Virus record (IMG/VR): IMGVR_UViG_2693429518_000007
DNA length: 4,419 nucleotides
Reading direction: 5' to 3' (one strand)
Source: a virus
Taxonomy: Duplodnaviria > Heunggongvirae > Uroviricota > Caudoviricetes
Shown piece after piece: positions 1-4,419 of the stretch. Below the pieces are notes generated by a model, which saw only the letters and a program-made list of their open reading frames with translations, did no database searches and was not told the origin of the DNA. Each line of letters opens with the position of its first letter. The first letter of the stretch is position 1. Made by a program: the position numbers and the translations under genes.

Positions 1-140
1 TCCGCGAAATGGCGCGGCGGTAAGTATGGCTGGGGTTTCCTCCATTGCTCCAGAAAATGCACCGGGTTGTCAGGTTGACCATACGCTTAAGTGACAACCC
101 CGCTACAACGCCCTCTGTTATCAATTTTCTGGTGACATTT

Positions 141-183
141 GGCGGTATCAGTTTTACTCCGTGACTGCTCTGCCGCCCTTTTT
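141..183 (+). terminator. Possible intrinsic terminator: GC-rich imperfect stem (GGCGG ... GCCGCC) followed by a TTTTT run
   Basis: GGCGG at 141-145 and GCCGCC at 172-178, immediately followed by TTTTT at 179-183. The stem is long-looped and imperfect, so this is weak. It sits about 50 nt after a frame-2 stop at 92-94. Confidence 0.2.
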
Positions 184-276
184 AAAGTGAATTTTGTGAT
201 GCGGTGAATGCGGCTAAGCGCACGCGGAACAGTTAAAACCAAAAACAGTGTTATGGGTGGATTCTCTGTATCCGGC

Positions 277-297
277 GTTAATTGTTAACTGGTTAAC
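277..297. repeat. Three tandem GTTAAY hexamers (GTTAAT-T-GTTAAC-TG-GTTAAC), each nearly or fully palindromic
   Basis: Read directly: GTTAAT at 277-282, GTTAAC at 284-289, GTTAAC at 292-297, about 55 bp upstream of the ATG at 353. An adjacent CCTGG-aggca-CCAGG inverted repeat lies at 303-317. Confidence 0.3.
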
Positions 298-352
298 GTC
301 ACCTGGAGGCACCAGGCACTGCATCACAAAATTCATTGTTGAGGACGCGATA

Positions 353-541
353 ATGGAAACGTTATTACCAAACGTTAATACGTCTGAAGGTTGTTTTGAT
401 ATTGGTGTTCTGCTCAGTAATAAAGCGTTTACTGAGGATGCCATTAATATGCGGAAATATGAGCCTTATCTGCTCAATGATAATTCCATACTTTCCCGAA
501 TTGCTCTTCTTGAACTTGGTATTTTCGGAGAACAGCAGTGA
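353..541 (+). CDS. Hypothetical small acidic protein, 62 aa (METLLPNVNTSEG...)
   Basis: ATG at 353 is preceded by GAGGA at 341-345 (7-nt spacer), so I prefer it over the track's 248 start. The stop overlaps the next start (GTGA). The region is visibly AT-rich. I recognise no family. Confidence 0.5.
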   Translation: METLLPNVNTSEGCFDIGVLLSNKAFTEDAINMRKYEPYLLNDNSILSRIALLELGIFGEQQ

Positions 542-726
542 CCTCAGCATTTGCACTGGTGATGACCGTTTTTCTTATAACGGGTGAGCCGCAGAATGTA
601 ATTACCGGAATTTATGACAGTAAGTCATCCTGCATTCAGGTAAGGGACGAACAAAAAATCCCCGGTGAATGCCTCCCGTTAAAAAAAGTGTCGCTGAACC
701 TGAATAACGAAATACCGGCTGGATAA
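538..726 (+). CDS. Hypothetical small protein, 62 aa, with hydrophobic N-terminal segment (SAFALVMTVFLITG) and two Cys
   Basis: GTG start at 538 is preceded by GGAG at 527-530 (7-nt spacer) and overlaps the upstream stop by 4 nt (GTGA), consistent with translational coupling. Same strand and context as the large gene downstream. Confidence 0.5.
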   Translation: MTSAFALVMTVFLITGEPQNVITGIYDSKSSCIQVRDEQKIPGECLPLKKVSLNLNNEIPAG

Positions 727-818
727 CCCTCCAGCCATATTAACGCCATACCAACGGATTAAAAATACCAGCAATGGCAGGAATTTGTTCATCCTTAAAA
801 TGGTTATGAGGTTTATCA

Positions 819-3236
819 ATGAACGCTGATAAAGAAGAAATTGCACTATATTACGAAGCCAAAAATGACAAAGTCAGAAAACGCCTTGGGATTAAAGGTG
901 GTTTTTACTGGCGCACAGCAAAAAAATTATCGGTTGCAATATCACGCGGTGTTGCTGCAATGGACGATGCCGGATTTGACGAAGAGGATTTTAAAAAACC
1001 CATCCGCGTCCATTTACCCGTTGTGAATGACCTTCCACCGGAAGGTGTGTTTGATACTGAATTCTGCAACCGATACGAAAAAGGCGGAGAAGATGGTATC
1101 ACAATGATACTTATCGCGCCCTCTGTTCCGGACAAACCAGCCAGTACTGACAATACCAACGTCAACGGCGAAGACATGGCTAAGATTGAGGAGAATATGC
1201 TTCTTCCGGTTTCAGGTCAGATTCTGCCTGTTCGCTGGCTGGCGCAACACAACAGCGAAAAACCGGTCACGCACGTTTCACTGGACAAACTGCGCGCATT
1301 ACATAACGCACAGGATGAAAAACTTCCCGCCGTTACCGCGCTGGCCATCTCAAATAAAGCAGTGCAACTCGAACCGCTGGAGATTCGGGATTTGTACAAA
1401 CTGGTGCGAGACACTGACAAAGTTTTCCCCGCCCCCGTAAATTCGGACCTGGGACTGATGACCTCTTTTATCGAAGCATACCTGGGCGCTGACTACACCG
1501 ATCGCGGTCTGCTTACAAAAGAGTGGATGAAAGGAAATAGTGTTTCACGCATCAGCCGCACGCCATCCGGCGCTAACGCTGGCGGCGGCATTCTTACCGA
1601 TCGCGGCGAAGGTTTTGTCCACGATGATGCGTCAGTGGCGCGTGACGTAGCCACTGGCGTACTGGCCCGTTCAATGGACGTGGATATTTATAACCTTCAT
1701 CCCGCACACGCTAAACGCATTGAGGAAATTATCGCTGAAAATAAACCGCCATTTACTGTGTTTTTCAGCAAATTCATCACCATGCCGGGCCACAAGGATT
1801 ACTCCCGCGCCATCGTGGTTGCGTCCGTGAAAGAAGCACCAATTGGTATAGAGGCTACTCCCCACCGTGTCACCGAATACCTGAATAAGGTGCTGACTGA
1901 AACCGATCATGCCACCCCTGATCCGGAAATCGTGGATATTGCCTGTGGCCGCTCCTCTGCCCCGATGCCGCAGCGTGTAACAAAAGAAGGAAAACAGGAT
2001 GATGAAGAAAAACCGCAGCCATCTGGCGCAATGGCAGATGAACAGGCAACGACTGAAGCAGTGGAACCGGATACAACTGAACATAATCAGGACACGCAGT
2101 CGATGGATGCTCAGCCACAGATAAATTCTGTTGATGCGAAATATCAGAAACTGCGTGCAGAACTCCATGAAGCCAAGAAAAACATTCCACCCAAAAATCC
2201 TGTCGATGCAGATAAATTACTGGCTGCTTCTCGCGGAGAATTTGTTGAAGGGATTAGCGACCCGAATGATCCAAAATGGGTGAAGGGGATCCAGAGTCGC
2301 GATGATGATGACCAGAATCAGGATAAAGCGGAACAAAACAGCCCAAATGCGTTACAAAACGAGCCAAAAACAAAACAACCAGAACCAGTAGTGCAACAAG
2401 AACCAGAAAAAGTTTGCACCACATGTGGTCAGACCGGTGGCGGCAACTGTCCTGACTGTAGTGCGGTGATGGGGAACGCAACCTACCAGGAAACATTCGA
2501 TGAAGAGAATCAGGCTGAAGCTCAGAAAAATGATCCGGAGGAAATGGAAGGCACTGAACATCTGCACAAGGAGAACACTGGCAGCGATCAGTATCACGCC
2601 AGCGATAATAAAACTGGCGAAACAGCAAATCCCTTAATTAAAGTGAACGGTCATCATGAAATCTCATCCACCAGCAGGTTGTGGCACCATCTGATGATTG
2701 ACCTTGAAGCAATGGGAAAAAATCCTGATGCGCCAATAAACGCTATAGCCGGTAAGTTTTTTGATCCGGCAACCGGAGATATGGGGCCAGAATTCAGCAA
2801 AACTATCGATCTGGAAACCGCAGGCGGGGTCATCGATCGGGACACCATTAAGTGGTGGCTGAAACAGTCACGCGAAGCACAATCCTCCATTCTGACCGAT
2901 GAAATCCCGTTGGATGATGCACTGCTGCAATTACGGGAATTTATCGACGAAAACTCCGGTGAATTTTTTGTTCAGGTCTGGGGTAACGGTGCAACTTTCG
3001 ACAACGTGATTTTACGCCGTTCATATGAACGGCAGGGGATCCCCTGCCCGTGGCGTTACACCAATGATCGCGATGTAAGAACGATGGTTGCTCTGGGACT
3101 GGTGATGGATTTCGACGCAAGAACGACTATTCCATTCGAAGGTGAACGCCATAACGCCCTGCACGATGCGCGTTACCAGGCAAAATACGTTTCAGCCATC
3201 TGGCAAAAACTGATCCCGAGTCAGGCTGATTTTTAA
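819..3236 (+). CDS. Prophage exonuclease, 805 aa: RecE (exodeoxyribonuclease VIII)-like N-terminal and central region, acidic low-complexity linker, CxxC-x7-CxxC zinc ribbon, and a C-terminal DEDDh-type 3'-5' exonuclease domain (Rv2179c-like)
   Basis: Uninterrupted 2418-nt ORF. ATG at 819 is preceded by GAGG at 808-811 (7-nt spacer). C-terminal motifs read directly: D628-L-E630 (MIDLEAMG), D728 in [11 protein letters not shown]778-x4-D783 ([10 protein letters not shown]). Zinc ribbon C533/C536/C544/C547 at nt 2415..2459. N-terminal resemblance to Rac RecE is from memory only. Confidence 0.9.
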   Translation: MNADKEEIALYYEAKNDKVRKRLGIKGGFYWRTAKKLSVAISRGVAAMDDAGFDEEDFKKPIRVHLPVVNDLPPEGVFDTEFCNRYEKGGEDGITMILIAPSVPDKPASTDNTNVNGEDMAKIEENMLLPVSGQILPVRWLAQHNSEKPVTHVSLDKLRALHNAQDEKLPAVTALAISNKAVQLEPLEIRDLYKLVRDTDKVFPAPVNSDLGLMTSFIEAYLGADYTDRGLLTKEWMKGNSVSRISRTPSGANAGGGILTDRGEGFVHDDASVARDVATGVLARSMDVDIYNLHPAHAKRIEEIIAENKPPFTVFFSKFITMPGHKDYSRAIVVASVKEAPIGIEATPHRVTEYLNKVLTETDHATPDPEIVDIACGRSSAPMPQRVTKEGKQDDEEKPQPSGAMADEQATTEAVEPDTTEHNQDTQSMDAQPQINSVDAKYQKLRAELHEAKKNIPPKNPVDADKLLAASRGEFVEGISDPNDPKWVKGIQSRDDDDQNQDKAEQNSPNALQNEPKTKQPEPVVQQEPEKVCTTCGQTGGGNCPDCSAVMGNATYQETFDEENQAEAQKNDPEEMEGTEHLHKENTGSDQYHASDNKTGETANPLIKVNGHHEISSTSRLWHHLMIDLEAMGKNPDAPINAIAGKFFDPATGDMGPEFSKTIDLETAGGVIDRDTIKWWLKQSREAQSSILTDEIPLDDALLQLREFIDENSGEFFVQVWGNGATFDNVILRRSYERQGIPCPWRYTNDRDVRTMVALGLVMDFDARTTIPFEGERHNALHDARYQAKYVSAIWQKLIPSQADF

Positions 3237-3250
3237 TGTTCAACCCGGAT

Positions 3251-3278
3251 CGCCGCTAACGGCATATAGTTAGCGGCG
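3251..3278 (+). other. Perfect 10-bp inverted repeat (CGCCGCTAAC / GTTAGCGGCG) with an 8-nt loop, forming a stable hairpin in the exonuclease-xis intergenic region
   Basis: Read directly; arms are exact reverse complements. In RNA the stem can extend about 3 further pairs with G-U wobbles (3248-3250 with 3279-3281). No U-tract follows, so it is not a canonical intrinsic terminator. Confidence 0.45.
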
Positions 3279-3294
3279 GTTGTGAGATATAGCT

Positions 3295-3498
3295 ATGAGC
3301 AGCATATTTTTAACCGAAAATGAATTGCAAACGTTAACGGGCTGCAAATATGCAAGCCACCAGCGCAACTGGTTAATAAAAAATGGGCTTCCGTTCTATA
3401 CCAATCGTAGTGGAAAACCGATCGTCAGTCGGGAACTGTTTACCTGTATAAAAACTTTACCACCACGTGAGGCTGAACCTGATTTCGGTGCGATCTAA
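3295..3498 (+). CDS. xis: Excisionase-like protein (DUF4224-type small DNA-binding protein), 67 aa
   Basis: Small ORF immediately upstream of the integrase, with its stop overlapping the integrase start (TAATG), as in lambda xis-int. The sequence (LTENELQTLTGCKYASHQRNWLIKNGLPFY) matches my recollection of prophage excisionase-like proteins; not verified by search. Confidence 0.7.
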   Translation: MSSIFLTENELQTLTGCKYASHQRNWLIKNGLPFYTNRSGKPIVSRELFTCIKTLPPREAEPDFGAI

Positions 3499-4317
3499 TG
3501 GGAAGACGAAGGAAAAATCCCGAACACGAAAAATTACCGCCAAAGGTATACCCCAATAAATATAGTTATGTATGGAAACCGACATCCAGAGAATCTGTAA
3601 CCTTAACTGCAATCGAGGATGGTTTAGCCGCATTATGGAAAAAGTATGAAGAAACGGTTAACCATCGCGATCGCGCAATGACATTTGGGCGTTTGTGGGA
3701 AAAATTTCTCGCCAGCGCCTATTACAGCGAGCTTAGTCCTAGAACTCAAAAAGATTATCTGCAACATCAAAAAAAGTTGCTGGCCGTATTCGGTAAGGTG
3801 CTGGCCGATTCTGTAAAACCAGAGCACATCAGACGATACATGGACAAAAGAGGCGAGCAGAGTAAAACGCAGGCAAACCATGAAAAAAGCAGTATGTCGC
3901 GCGTTTATAGTTGGGGGTATGAACGAGGGTATGTAAAGGCTAATCCTTGTGCCGGTGTAAGTAAATTCAAGGCAAAAAACCGAGAGCGCTATGTGACTGA
4001 CAAAGAATACCAGGCCGTATTAAGCGTGGCTCCTGTGCCTGTTTTTATCGCGATGGAAATTGCATATCTGTGCGCAGCAAGGATTTCCGATGTGTTATCT
4101 CTGAAATGGGAACAGATCGGAAACGATGGGATCTTTATCCAGCAAGGTAAAACAGGAAAGAAACAGATAAAAGCCTGGAGCCCCCGCCTGCAATCAGTTA
4201 TAGAAAAAGCCAAACAACTCCCCAAGTCGGCCTATGTAATCAGCAATCAGTACGGCAACCGTTACATGTATAAAGGATTTAATGAAATGTGGGTTGAGGC
4301 AAGAAATTTAGCAGGAC
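3498..4317 (+). pseudogene. int: Lambda-family tyrosine integrase, 3'-truncated by IS insertion: about 273 native codons, then 9 IS-derived codons (LNRPGNPGD) and a stop at 4346
   Basis: N-terminus MGRRRKNPEHEKLPPKVY resembles lambda Int. Box I arginine in AARISDV (R195) and a QQGKTGKK motif (K218) are present. The downstream HxxR, His and catalytic Tyr region is missing because the reading frame runs into IS sequence at about 4318. Confidence 0.85.
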
Positions 4318-4419
4318 TGAACCGCCCCGGGAATCCTGGAGACTAAACTCCCTGAGAAAGAGGTAAACAGGATGACTAAAAATACACGTTTTTCCCCCGA
4401 GGTCCGTCAACGGGCAGTT
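4318..4419 (+). mobile_element. Left end of an IS629/IS3411/IS1203-like IS3-family insertion sequence (terminal inverted repeat plus start of orfA), continuing beyond the window
   Basis: The sequence from TGAACCGCCCCGGGAATCCTGGAGAC onward matches my recollection of the IS629 left terminus, with the typical IS3-family 5'-TG end. OrfA start MTKNTRFSPEVRQRAV follows at 4372. Exact boundary is placed from memory. Confidence 0.85.
4372..4419 (+). CDS. IS3-family transposase OrfA (helix-turn-helix subunit), N-terminal 16 codons only; partial at window edge
   Basis: ATG at 4372 is preceded by AGAGG (7-nt spacer). The translation MTKNTRFSPEVRQRAV is the N-terminus I recall for IS629/IS3411 OrfA. Confidence 0.8.
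   Translation, partial: MTKNTRFSPEVRQRAV

Noticed and set aside
2-94. Open frame-2 stretch at the window start ending at TGA 92-94, as a possible 3' end of an upstream gene
   Set aside because: Only about 30 codons with no start in the window. An open stretch this short is expected by chance, and I recognise nothing in the translation.
214-587. Minus-strand ORFs 214..444 and 365..556, plus-strand ORF 396..587, and the 248 start of the 248..541 ORF
   Set aside because: They overlap the two plus-strand small ORFs that have good Shine-Dalgarno sequences and a coupled stop/start. None has an obvious ribosome-binding site, and the 248 ATG has none, whereas the in-frame ATG at 353 does.
2668-2675. 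Chi site (GCTGGTGG) on the minus strand, read as CCACCAGC on the plus strand
   Set aside because: A single octamer. Chi is frequent in E. coli-like genomes, so one copy inside a coding region carries no specific meaning here.
905-2890. Minus-strand ORFs (905..1177, 1217..1420, 1671..2168, 1870..2190, 2254..2628, 2352..2597, 2654..2890) and out-of-frame plus-strand ORFs (841..1026, 1186..1440) inside the 805-aa gene
   Set aside because: All lie wholly within a long, motif-supported CDS and have no recognisable ribosome-binding sites or protein features. Most likely frame shadows.
3237-3294. The hairpin at 3251..3278 as a rho-independent terminator, or a cII-type TTGC-N6-TTGC promoter element for xis-int
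   Set aside because: No T/U-run follows the stem, and I found no TTGC-N6-TTGC motif in the spacer. It is kept as a structured element of unknown function only.
3633-4225. Minus-strand ORFs 3633..3881 and 3989..4225
   Set aside because: Antisense to the integrase gene, whose identity is supported by conserved motifs. Treated as frame shadows.
1-4419. tRNA or attachment site, CRISPR array, rRNA
   Set aside because: No cloverleaf-like tRNA candidate, no spaced direct-repeat array and no rRNA-like sequence seen. The att site expected beside a full-length integrase 3' end would lie beyond the IS insertion, outside the window.

Overview
The window reads as the integrase-proximal end of the early-left operon of a lambdoid (Rac-like) prophage from an Enterobacteriaceae host, with everything credible on the + strand. 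In order: a possible terminator after an upstream gene; two small, translationally coupled, AT-rich ORFs of unknown function (353..541 and 538..726); one 805-aa gene (819..3236) whose N-terminal two-thirds I recognise from memory as RecE/exodeoxyribonuclease VIII-like, but whose C-terminus carries DEDDh 3'-5' exonuclease motifs instead; a perfect 10-bp hairpin; an excisionase-like gene (3295..3498) overlapping by one base the start of a lambda-family tyrosine integrase (3498..). The integrase is cut after about codon 273 by the left end of an IS629/IS3411-like IS3-family element (from about 4318), which runs off the window. No tRNA, rRNA or CRISPR array is visible. I see no self-evident novel defence system: the most interesting items are the unusual exonuclease domain architecture, the absence of an annealase partner gene, the uncharacterised small ORF pair and the IS-inactivated integrase. 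All homology statements are from recollection and motif reading, not from a search.
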